59,154 nucleotides of DNA, filler included, from Basidiobolus ranarum (GCA_040143965.1; 5 parts of 5 records of this genome joined end to end with filler, not necessarily neighbours in it); one strand, 5' to 3'. Counted from the whole stretch's first letter, positions 12,518-23,522 are shown. The notes: generated by a model not told the origin, from the sequence alone. Numbers and translations are program-made.

Positions 12518-13508
12518 TCAGTGTATTTCGGAAAACGACTTGAAAGACGTATCTTCCCTAATAATAATTGCAAGTGCATCTCTGGTGTGAATTCCATACA
12601 TTTCAACATCAATATTCCCAACAGGGCAAGTGATGGTAAAGTACATTTTGATAATTGACGCCTCACTCTTGAGGTCTTCGATTTCTTCATGAACTTCTGC
12701 CAAATCATCTTCATGTATATGGCTAAAGAATGAAGTACCTACCATATCCTCAGGACATAGGCCAAATAATTCTTTGACAGAATCAGTACAGAATAATATA
12801 TCACAACGATGTGTGTAATGATCTAACAAAAAGGCTGCTCGCATCTCCAGCTTCAAATTTGCAGAGTCGAATGGATCTTGGTAAATTATACTAGAGTGAA
12901 ATTCGGAATTTCGTCTGTATACCATCTTCTCTTCCTATATTTAGATAAATGTCTGTTAGTTGAAGTTATTTTCGAAAATAATCTAGTAGTAATATATTTG
13001 GTGTGGCTATTGTATGGTTGTAGCAAAAACCACTTACTATTCTTGTGACTCCGGCTTCGTCGATTAGATAGATTGCTTCAGCAAGCGCGTTTCGACCTAA
13101 ATACTCTAGTTTGAATTTTTTCACAAGTACAGAGATTAGAAACTTTTACTTACTCCAAAAATCCACAATGTTTATAGAATCTATAACTCGACATGTGCCT
13201 ACCACCCATGTGTAACAGAAACTTATTGTGCATTCCAAATAAACGCTCTGTCCAGTCTTCAGTCTGATGCGGGTATAGAATACTGAGGCGATTGTTTGCT
13301 TTAGCCGCTGCTCTTTGTATGCTAGATATGCGTTACTGACGTCAAGTTCGTGAAGAAAATCAAAAGTAGACCTATCGAGACATTCTTCTACTTCAAAACC
13401 AGTACCCTCTTTGATACTTGGTGTGGCATATATAATCTTAATGGGTGGTCCAAATTTGCTCTTCTTTGTAGCGTCGCCGATAATAGCGTAACTAATGTTA
13501 TGACTCAT
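12518..13508 (-). CDS. Tandem PAS-domain protein, ~3 exons (13508-13154, 13096-~13038, ~12934-12518)
   Basis: Two PAS-like segments: IIYATPSIKEGTGFEVEECLDRSTFDFLHELD and ILFCTDSVKELFGLCPEDMVGTSFFSHIHEDD. GTAAGT donors keep the frame. Confidence 0.75.
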
Positions 13509-13950
13509 GGAAACATCAAAAATCAATACTTCTTCGGAACAAGAGGGAAGTTTATATTCCTTGAATTCTCAACATATCATCGATAATGAATTTCACTACT
13601 TGGAATGTTACACCATAGTCTTGGGTTCGACAAGCAATCCACCTAAAATAGCTATTCTGAGCTCTCATCATTTTCCTTTGTAAGTCTAATTTCTGAACGG
13701 TCCATTGAAAGTACTGGTCGACAACCGTGTCACTGATAGCTCTTTGCCACCAAATAACAAGTACAAGTCAGACAGTACAATAGTGTTACAACCAGTGTTG
13801 ATTTAGTTACCAATCGCTAACCCTGGTGGGTTCAAAGATGACAGTATTGTGATGCTCAAAATTCATTAATTTATTAATCTTAATTATCTTTACGCCCTGT
13901 TACAGTTCATGTATCACTTAAATGCTTTGGTGCTTATACAGCCATCTGGA

Positions 13951-14613
13951 TTAAGCATCGGCTGGTAGAGAAGCGAAACGAAGGTAGGGTCTGACTTGTC
14001 TGTAGCCGGGGAACTCCTTCTCAGCCTCCTCATTGCTCACACTCACATGGACAATCACGTCCTTACCGGGGGTCCAGTTGGCTGGAGTGGCGATCTTCTT
14101 TCTGTCAGTCAATTGAAGGGAATCGATGACTCGGAGAATCTCATCGAAATTACGTCCACAACTGGCGGGATAAACAATCACTAAGCGAATCTTCTTGGCG
14201 GGATCAATGATGAACACACTGCGGACGGTGAATGGGATTCCGTTAACTACGTTGGTTGGGTCATGTTCTTCCGAGTCCAACATATCATAGAGTGTGGCTA
14301 CTTTGCGGTCGGCATCGGCAATGATGGGGAACTGAACGTCGACATTGCCAACCTCGTTGATGTCTTCAATCCATTTCTCGTGATCGTCTAAGCCGTTGGT
14401 GGACAGACCAATGGCCTTCACTCCACGCTTCTCAAAAGCACGAGAGAGTTTGGCAACTTCACCGAGTTCTGTGGTGCAGACTGGGGTGAAATCAGCAGGG
14501 TGGGAGAACAAGACAGCCCAAGAGTCACCAATCCATTCGTGGAAGGAAATGGGGCCCTTAGTGGTGTTGGCTTTGAAATCAGGTGCGACACTACCGAGAC
14601 GAAGAGCAGACAT
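13951..14613 (-). CDS. PRX1: 1-Cys peroxiredoxin (Prx6 family), intronless
   Basis: FSHPADFTPVCTTELG peroxidatic motif; YPASCGRNFDEILRVIDSLQL; TPANW. Confidence 0.95.
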   Translation of the reverse strand: MSALRLGSVAPDFKANTTKGPISFHEWIGDSWAVLFSHPADFTPVCTTELGEVAKLSRAFEKRGVKAIGLSTNGLDDHEKWIEDINEVGNVDVQFPIIADADRKVATLYDMLDSEEHDPTNVVNGIPFTVRSVFIIDPAKKIRLVIVYPASCGRNFDEILRVIDSLQLTDRKKIATPANWTPGKDVIVHVSVSNEEAEKEFPGYRQVRPYLRFASLPADA

Positions 14614-15132
14614 ATTGAGTTGGTTTGGGTTGTTAAGAGAAGAGAATGTGCATTCCAGACTGGCTTAGTCACCTATTTATACGAGAAGGTTTACTTGTGT
14701 TTAGCCACGTACTCAGCAAACCTTAATTTCACATCAACTATTACACCATCTATCGTTGTCTAACCATAAGAGACCTCTCGTAACGGACCTTTACAGCGCA
14801 ACCATAATATTCCAGTCAAATGGCGACATTAATGTGGTTGGTGAGGTTTGATTATTTGATGGCGACATCTTGTGTATTGATGATTAATTATCCAGGTTTT
14901 AGTCGAAATCTAAGTCCTGTGAAACGAACTCTCCTCTGAGGAAGAGGAATTGCTACATTAGTATAAACCAAATTATCTTTTCTATGCCTTGGTGTTCAAA
15001 AGATAGTCAACCTAATCCAACATTTACCATCAGATGTTGTTTACGTAATAACAAATCAAGGACCATGATAACTGATAATTGCTCATTTTCTACGTTACTT
15101 TCTTATTACCTCTAAGCTATTGAACTTTAATA

Positions 15133-16241
15133 ATGCCAAGTAACAAGGCCGAGATTGCTTGGGTTCCTTTAGAATCTAACCCAGAAGTTATGAATGAAGT
15201 TGGTATCCCCCCTTTCTTCCTCTTTCTCTCTATAAGAACTATGCAATATTACTAAAAGTATCAAACTGACCACCGGTTGCTTGTATAGTTCATTCATAAC
15301 TTGAAAGTTAGCAAAGTATGGAGTTTTACTGATATTTGGGGTAAAGACAATTGAATTATATACACTAGATTTCTAAATTCAGTGCTGAAATTTGACTCTG
15401 TAGGCCTCGATGACGATTTATTGCAAATGGTTCCTCAACCATGTGTATCACTTTTATTATTGTTTCCTATCACACCAGGGGTAAGTTTTACATCACAAAT
15501 ATTTCCACAAAATAGAATAATTAGGTTTACACTACTGATGCACTTATAGTACGAAAAGTTTCGTATTGAAGAAAGTAATAGATTAACAGAGAGCGGACAA
15601 CACATCAGTGATGAAGTTTACTTTATGAAACAAACCATTCGCAACGCTTGTGGCTCTATCGCAGTTTTACACTCCTTAGCCAATACAGCAGATAAAGTGG
15701 AAATTCGTATGTGTCTCAGACATTTTAGATAGATGACAGAGATTCCTTAATCATATTGTACCATTTTTATAGTGGACGGTCCTCTGAAAGAATTTCTTGA
15801 CAAAACTCAATCCTTAAGTCCCAGTGAGAGAGCAAAGGTTTTGGAAACTAGTGGAGAGATTGCTCAAGCTCATCAAGTCACTGCACAAAGTGGACAGACT
15901 CAGGTATGCTCAATGGTTTCCCTTGTTTCAAATGGTCTACGCTAATCCGCTGTCTCAGGCTCCTGATGCTGAGGATGATGTTGATCTTCACTTTATTTCT
16001 TTCATTGAACGTGATGGTGAAATCTATGAACTCGATGGTCGTAAACCTTTCCCTATTAACCATGGAAAGTGTGACTCCCTTTTGAAGGTAATTTTGGATT
16101 TGATTGCACAATATTTGCTACCGTTCGTGACATATTTGCTTTGATCAGGATGGCGCCAAACTTATCAAAAACTTCATGGAGCGGGATCCAGATCTCCTAC
16201 AATTTACTGTCATAGGATTGGCTCCTAGCCAAGACTTTTGA
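15133..16241 (+). CDS. YUH1: Ubiquitin C-terminal hydrolase (UCH-L3/Yuh1), multi-exon
   Basis: [30 protein letters not shown] (Cys); DLHFISF (His); [14 protein letters not shown] (Asp). Confidence 0.92.
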
Positions 16242-16473
16242 GATATTCCTTAGCAATAAGATTCACATCATGTGACCTTATTAGCTTACGTTTTCTATGT
16301 ATCGTGAATTTATATTGTATCTTTTAAAATGCCATAAATCAAATTCCCATTTGCATCAGAAATTGTGACTTACTTTCACTAGCAACAAACTTGGCTTCTC
16401 TCTTCCTTGCTACCATTTTTTTTGATATATTAAACTTGACTTTGAACTCCATTACTTCACTTGATTCCATAGA

Positions 16474-17413
16474 ATGTATACGCTACTGAATGGCTTCTAT
16501 AAATATTTAACTAGAACCGAAGAATATTATGTCATCATTTTGGGCTTAGATAATGCCGGAAAAACTGTAAGAATTGACCTTACAAGAACTTATTTCCATA
16601 ACTAGAGGAAATACTCGCCGACACTTGCTCAACTTACTTTTATACTATGCTAGACCCTTTTAGAAAAGATAAAATCCATTTTCACTGGTAGTAGAGGTCT
16701 GGCTCCTGAAAAGATTGCCCCCACTGTTGGTCTCAATAGTAAGTAACCAATCTGTTATTTCAACACTATATTATCTCACCATCTATTTTTCCATAATTTT
16801 TGCCGGCACTCTTCAGTTGGAAAGATTGTGGTTGGAAAATCTCGAGTGAATTTTTGGGATTTGGGTGGACAGAGAGACTTACGTACGTTATGGGAAAAAT
16901 ATTATAAAGAATGTCACGGTATAGTGTTTGTAGTGGATTCCACTGACTCTTCAAGAATTCAAGAGTGTCACGAAGCTTTTGGTAAATAGAAAATATCTTG
17001 TTTAGAGGGGGAAACTCCTCCCTTTATATTATGAGGTTTTAATTTGGCTTATTGGTACGATTTTCATTTCATTTTTATTACCTTGTGTAGAGAAAATGGT
17101 GGCACATGATTCAACAGAAGGAGTTCCGGTCATCATGTTGGCTAACAAACAGGACTTACCAAATGCAATGAAGGTAGAAGAAATCAAAGAGATCTTCAAT
17201 AAAATCGCGCTAAGTTTAGATGCTCGTGATAGTAAAGTCATGCCCATCTCAGCGCTAAATGGGTAGGTACTTTGGATAGACAATATAAAACTTCACAGTT
17301 ACTTAAAACAACACCTATGTTTATTTTCTAGGGAGGGTGTAAAGGAGGCCATTGAGTGGTTACATTTTCGTTTGGAACGCAACGTTGAGCACAGACCACC
17401 AGTATTACGTTAA
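16474..17413 (+). CDS. ARL3: ARF-related GTPase ARFRP1/Arl3, ~5 exons
   Basis: MYTLLNGFYKYLTRTEEYYVIILGLDNAGKT; IAPTVGLN; FWDLGGQ; LANKQD; C-terminal RPPVLR. Confidence 0.92.
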
Positions 17414-17770
17414 TTCATTATGCTAATTCATATATATTACATTGCAGTACTTTTTGAAGGGTTTTCTTTGGAAAGATAAACATTACGATTATCTTCAATT
17501 GTCAGCGTTCACTTTATTGTACATCTAGCAAAAATCCCGCCAATAAATGCACTTAATATTCATGTATAAATACCGAGATATATAGCCAATCAGTCAGTTG
17601 AAGTATTTTCAATTGGAAAAAAAACCCTGAAGTCTCACTGGGCAGGGGGGGAACCCTGATTTGCATTTCTAGAGAAAGTAATATATATACCTCTCAAATA
17701 GTTACTTGATCCTTACCTCTCTCCGCTACTTGGTAAGTTCTCTACCTCTATATGTCATAGTATTGTAATG

Positions 17771-17853
17771 TGAAATGATGATTGCTTTGCCGCCCCAGTC
17801 GGACTATCTTATCCATGGCGAGAATATAAGCAACAGCCAAAAATCTGAGTTCA
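17771..17853 (+). ncRNA. snR67: C/D box snoRNA, snR67/SNORD31(U31)-like; guides LSU P-loop Gm (yeast Gm2619, E. coli Gm2251 equivalent)
   Basis: Box C ATGATGA 17775-17781; guide TGCCGCCCCAG complementary to LSU CUGGGGCGGCA; degenerate D' CGGA 17800-17803 puts the second G at +5; box D CTGA 17845-17848; TGAA/TTCA terminal stem. Confidence 0.8.
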
Positions 17854-18021
17854 TACATACCATGATGCAAGCAACATTCTATCTCGTGCAACTTATTAAT
17901 CCCTGTATTTTCTAGTTACAGTAGCATGTATACAATGTACATATCCGCACATCGCACATGAATCCGTATAGAACCCGTATAAAATGGTAATTACTATTTT
18001 CTTTTATGGTTGGCGGTTGAT

Positions 18022-18120
18022 GGTTTGACTAGTGTGATGATACAATCAAAATATTCCATGCTAATTCGTAAAAACGATGCCGAGAAATTTTGTGCCCTTT
18101 GGGTTTACTGACTTCAAACC
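18022..18120 (+). ncRNA. snR53: C/D box snoRNA, snR53-like; guides SSU Am (yeast Am796 equivalent)
   Basis: Box C GTGATGA 18034-18040; guide TATTCCATGCTAAT complementary to SSU AUUAGCAUGGAAUA; box D CTGA 18108-18111; flanking stem GGTTTGA/TCAAACC. Confidence 0.8.
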
Positions 18121-18437
18121 TATCCTGCTGATTGGATTTAACGTGTCCCGATATTAATGATCTCTATTATTTTAGATATACCGATTATTATATAAATATG
18201 CAATTGTAAAATAAAATTATTTCAATCATCATCATTCGCAATCAATTGATTTACTGTTTAAATAGTCATCGAGTGTATACCAAGTTTGTGTTGAGATATC
18301 CTTTAAAAGAATGTCACAAATATGGATGTTTACTTCGTTTTGTTACCAGGGTTGGATAGCTATCACAATGTTTATGGTTGGTAAGTTTCAAGGGATACAT
18401 TTATTAATATGAGCAGTGTTGTGTGAGTAAAACAACA

Positions 18438-20141
18438 ATGAATCTTTCCAATACTGAACAAATCAACTTGATAAAGTTGGTAGTAGACGATGTAAATTAT
18501 TATTTACGCACAGTATGGGAGAAACATGCAGAAGAACCCATCTCCTTAACACTAACTCTGACCAATTGTGTTTCCTTTTGGAAGAAGAAAGGTAGTACTT
18601 ATAGCCATGAATATTCTCTCCTTTTTTAACTAATAGTTCGTATAGTTAGTGTTAGTGAACTCAATAAGTTGAAACCCAATTATATGAAACTCGAAGACTA
18701 TATAAACTTGACAGAACAAACTTTTTCTGGTTTACCGAACACTCTCAAAGAAGAAGTCTTCTGTACAATAGAGGAAAACCACTTCAGAGTACCTCATGCT
18801 TCAGTAAGAATGTATTTTGTACTACTATATAACACCACTTTTTAATTCCTTTTCTGTTGTTTGAAAAAGAAAATTTTGAAGTGGAGTCTCGAGCTGGAGA
18901 AAGGGAATAAGGTAAAATAATCAATCATATAGCCGCAAATATAATTTTAACATTATTATTAGTATGGTTTGGGTCAATTGGCTCTTACACCATTAGAAGA
19001 AGTGGATATCCCAAACGAGTGGATCTCTTGGCTTGATATTCTAATGAATGAACGAAACAATCATAAGGTGAGGGATTTCTCTGAAATGAATGGCTTCAAT
19101 ATCACTGCTCTTCTAACTCTTTTCCATGATTATTAGAAGGAAAACGAAAGGATTCAAAAGGAATTTTCAACACTAAATAGTACAAATAAGTTACTACATC
19201 AACAGTTGGAAAACCTAGTTAGAGATAAAAACGAAATGGAACTAATAATGGTTCACAAGGTAACTTCACAGTTCTTATCTTCCACCGAATTGAGGTTCAT
19301 GTGCAGTTCAGTTTAAAGATATTCTCAACGCCAAAAAGCGTAAGATCCGGAAGCTTTTGAAGGTCAAAGAAGGTATTTATTAGTCTTTATTTCTTATCAT
19401 TAGTCTTGCTCTGATTCATGCATATTAGTACGGCCTTCAGAGACACAGAGTACAGGTATAGAAGCGACAAAGTTAGTGCCACCAAGTAGATCCAATACGA
19501 GTAAGCCTAATTTGGGCAGGGCTATTTCCGAGAAAAAGAACTTGGTACCTATACCCAGGATTGACCAAGGTGTCTCAGCAGATAATAATATACCCAACGC
19601 CAACAAACACCACACTCCACCGAACGAAACACATCCAAGTAAACACATACCACCATCCAAGGAAGTATGCGAAGTCGTGAGTGTAGAAGGCGACCGAGAG
19701 AATCTAACCAGGCGACTTCATGCAACTCACTCTTATCCTTCATTGCCATCCAACTCGAAGAAGGTACCGAGACTCGAAAGGGCGCAGTCAGATTCATCAC
19801 CAATTATAAATTTACATACTTTCCTTGCCTCAAAAGTTCAGATTCAGACATCTATACAGCGGCTTTTAAATTTTGATGATTCCCCTACAAAAGAGCCCGT
19901 GGAAGAGCCTTTACTTCATGTTGTTGATGTTTGTAAGAGTACTCCAGAGAAAAAGACTCCTCAATCGCCTGAGCTCTTCCGAAGTTATTCTGACATATCT
20001 CCTGACCTATTCCCTAAAAGAAATCCCAAAAGGGACCTTTCAACTGATACCTCCCCGGAACTGTTTCCTAAAAGGAGCAAGCCCTCCAAATCACCTGTTA
20101 CTTTTCGAAGTTTTTCTCATAGAGTTCTTAGAAGTCCTTGA
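18438..20141 (+). CDS. XRCC4: XRCC4/Lif1-like NHEJ factor, multi-exon
   Basis: Beta-rich head (YYLRTVW, LTLTLTNCVSFW); coiled coil; FKDILNAKKRKIRKL resembles the XRCC4 ligase IV-binding helix (FxxVLNEKKxKIR); disordered Ser/Pro-rich tail. Confidence 0.75.
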
Positions 20142-20639
20142 TATGTTAGCAGTGCCGAGTTAACTATTCAGTTGTTAGTCATACACTAGATGAATCTTGT
20201 TGGCCAGAAATTGTAAATGTTTGCAATACAAGTACAAAAGCATTTACAGTCCAAAAATAACCTGCATGTTGCCTCTTATGCTGAGGTAAATTGGAGGGTA
20301 TTAGAGGGTAAATTAATCTCTTCTGGAAAGGGCTATATTTAATAAAGGTATCGGTTACCGAAAATCTCTCGATACCTTGTTTCAGCTATACAGTATCCTC
20401 TCAATACCGATACTAAACGATTAGCCATAAAGAATCGGCCATATGGAGGGCTTCAAAACCGATACCTATACATCAGAAATGAATTTAGTCCAATCAGTGA
20501 GTACTTTCTGTTTGTTATTTATAGGTATTCACCTATAGAATACCGCTGGAGAGTACCGTTGTATTGGTTGGAACAATAATGGAATATTATTTAAAGGTTG
20601 CAGGCAATCTTTGGAGAGGTTAATTCAGTTTATTTCATC

Positions 20640-21639
20640 ATGGATAGCCTTGCTTACAACGATCCCGATATGCTAGCTATGCTCGACACAGAGCAAAGAA
20701 ATCCTCGTACTACAGAGATGGACACTCTGCCAACAACGGATCTGCTAAAGCTTATGAATAAGGAGGACTACTATGTCTTGCAAGCCATCGAAGATGCAAC
20801 CGAGCCCATAGCTCAAGCTGTGGACTCTATCGCCCAAAGATTTAAAAGAGGTGGTCGGATAATTATGGCGGGTGCCGGTGCTAGTGGTCGAATTGGTGTC
20901 ACCGAAGCTGCTGAGATGCCACCCACTTTTAATTTGGATCCCAAATGTTGCGTTGCTCTTATGGCTGGTGGAGATGCTGCTATGTTGGGAGCATTAGAGC
21001 ATTTGGAAGATAATCCCGATTTGGCAGAAGGAGATTTGGAGAATCTACAACTCACCAAGGAGGACACTGTCATTGGTCTTTCAGCCTCAGGTAGTTCATG
21101 TTCATAGCTTGGAAATTGGGTATCGAAATTAATATTTTGCGGGGTTTCTAGGACGTACACCATATGTACTACAGGCTCTATTACACGCTAAGAAAATCAA
21201 CTCCGAAGTCTTAACTATTGCCATCACCACGAATCCTGGTACAATTATCGCCAAGACTGCTGATATCTGCATTGAGGCTTTGACAGGACCGGAGATAATC
21301 ACCGGAAGTACACGCTTGAAGTCTACCACTGCTCAAAAGTTGATCTTAGACATGATTACCAGTGCAGTCATGATCAAACTTGGAAAAGTTCACGGAAACT
21401 TGATGGTTAACCTTCAGCCTAGAAATTACAAGCAGCAAGTAAGAGCCATCCGTATTGTAGTCCAAGCGAGCGGATGTTCTTCTCAAGAGGCAGAAAGCTG
21501 TCTTAAAGAAAGCAAAAATGAATTAGCCCCTGCAATTGTTATGGCAATGGCCCAAGTAGATATTTCCACTGCGCTAGATGCTCTGGCCAAAACCGAGGGC
21601 ATTATCGGTCATGCAGTTCGTTTGTTACTCTCCAATTAG
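20640..21639 (+). CDS. murQ: N-acetylmuramic acid 6-phosphate etherase (MurQ family); 2 exons, intron 21091-21151
   Basis: TEQRNPRT; GGRIIMAGAGASGR; AEMPPTF; LEHLED; GLSASG|RTPYV restored by a 61-nt GT-AG intron; TGPEIITGSTRLKSTTAQK; GKVHGNLMV; KQQVRAIRIV. Confidence 0.9.
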
Positions 21640-22169
21640 TTGATTTATTAGTTAATTTACATAAATATTCCATAGCATAACTACCATAATATAACATTAG
21701 TGGGGTTTCCAAGTGCGACTCTTCTCTTTGACAAATTTGGCCATCGCTAAAGGTTAGGCTTAGGTTGATCAACTATGCAATGATGCCAGAATGTGTCACT
21801 ATAAATGCAAGGTATCTGAAAACATCCTTTATTCAAGCCAATGCTTATATGGAGTGACAAATGATGCACAATGACTAGCGCAACATCATCCAAAAAGCAA
21901 TAAACAAAGCAAGGTATTTTAAGCTACCAACTCCCAAAATACTTAACCTATTTGGATTATATTAAAACTTCAACTGAGCTAGTACTTTGATATTATCCAT
22001 AGCAGTAAGTTGTCAGTCACCTTTTGATTGATTTTCTATTACTTACCATTTGAAGTATACCCTAGCCCTAACCTTAACCTTAACCCTAAATAGCAATATT
22101 TAGGCAGACATGCTTATGCTTATTTTAAAAGTAATGTCGACATCGATGCGTTTCCTATAATTTCATTTG

Positions 22170-22276
22170 AATTTTACCAATTGCTCCTCTTTATACTAAT
22201 CTAAATTTTACCAATTGCTCCTCTTTATATTAATCTAAATTTTACCAATTGCTCCTCTTTATACTAATCTAAATTT
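22170..22276. repeat. Tandem repeat, 34-bp unit x3
   Basis: aattttaccaattgctcctctttatactaatcta repeated directly. Confidence 0.88.
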
Positions 22277-22279
22277 GAG

Positions 22280-23442
22280 TTATCGATCCTGGCCAAGGAG
22301 GAGAAGTAGTCGCTCAGTTCTTGCTCATCCGTGCTCGGGATCATGCGGCCTTACAGATGCGTAGTGCAGATCTAACCAAATATGACTGCCTGACCTTTCC
22401 AATCAAATTACGTATGTTCTTGAATAGACTGTTGGGGGACTCTATCGTGGAATTCATTTCGAGACGCGCTGCCGAGCTGGCCAAGCGTTGCAATCTCATT
22501 AATGTGATCGAGGAAGGAATGATAGCCTTCAACCACTTTTGTTATATTGACAAACTCCCGACGGAGGAGGAATTACTAATGCTATATGCAAGAGGAGCGG
22601 CACTCGTAGCACCTTGAGGTCAGAAGGGCGCTGATTTGATTATTATTTACCTTTTACCAGACGCCAAAGGTGACTACCTACTTTGTCCGGAAAACATTGG
22701 AATAATGGTCATTCAGGTCAAAAATTGGAAAACTGCAAAAGATAAGCGCTATAAAGTATCATCCACCACAAAGCTATCAACATCATCTATCGGTTTGGAA
22801 AGAGTACCGCGGCATATGTACCTTTCCTTTTATATGGGACTGGGTGGATGCTACGGCTATTGTGAATTTCCTCCAGACCTACCAGTGGAAATTGACGAAA
22901 CGGAGTTTCAAGATATCAATACAAAGTTAAAAGATTATCTCACCCGACCAGACTGCCCACAGTTATATGAACAGCAATTAGCATCTCTACGAAAATCTGA
23001 TCTCTCTGCACAAGAGTTGGAAATAATTCGTCGTAACCGGCAAGTATCATTTTCTGCTTTAGGATTTAGCAGTCAAGTGTATCCTTGCTTAAGAGAATTT
23101 GATGAAGAAATTCCAACTCGGAGCTGTACAACGGCTGCGCCCAGTACGCAGTTTCCGAAAAAACAATGAGTAAAGATTTGGCATGCTAAACGGTGTCCCG
23201 AGGAGAGTGTATACACCACCAATCTACTATTCCAACTAGATCGCATCCTAAAATGCTTTCCGGATCCAGTTGCTTATCACTCGGATTCAACAGAAAAGCA
23301 ACTGATACGGCGTATTGCAGTTCCGCAATATTTGGCTGGGCTCCACCCCATTAACACTCTTGAAACTCTCACAATTGATGATGATGATGATGGAGATGAA
23401 GCTGTTGAAATATTGGAACAACTCAATCCTAACGATGCATGA
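22280..23442 (+). pseudogene. 5'-truncated Crinkler-like PD-(D/E)xK (REase-fold) gene with two in-frame TGA codons
   Basis: GQGGEVVAQFLLIRARD...FNHF...RGAALVAP*GQKGADLII...VIQVKN. One frame runs 22321-23442, broken only by TGA at 22615 and 23167. Confidence 0.6.
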
Positions 23443-23522
23443 AGCTCGTGTCAATACTATTTTATGTGACTTGTTTTATTCAACTTCTATAGTATAGATA
23501 ATGTGAAAAATTAAAACTTTTC

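Larger units (their letters stand above)
17700..18240 (+). ncRNA. Putative spliced non-coding snoRNA host transcript
   Basis: TATA-like atatatata near 17681; donor GTAAGT at 17733, acceptor ttctag near 17914; donor GTAATT near 17987, acceptor ttttag near 18175; tiny exons with no ORF; these two introns each contain a C/D snoRNA. Confidence 0.55.

Noticed and set aside
557-14613. SQR plus peroxiredoxins as a sulfur/redox gene cluster
   Set aside because: Separated by unrelated genes and an assembly gap; both are ordinary housekeeping genes.
22060-22090. True telomere or interstitial telomeric array
   Set aside because: Only about four degenerate units, internal to the contig.
22615-23169. 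In-frame TGA codons as selenocysteine
   Set aside because: Not in a redox motif, the gene is 5'-truncated, no SECIS recognised; CGA to TGA decay is simpler.
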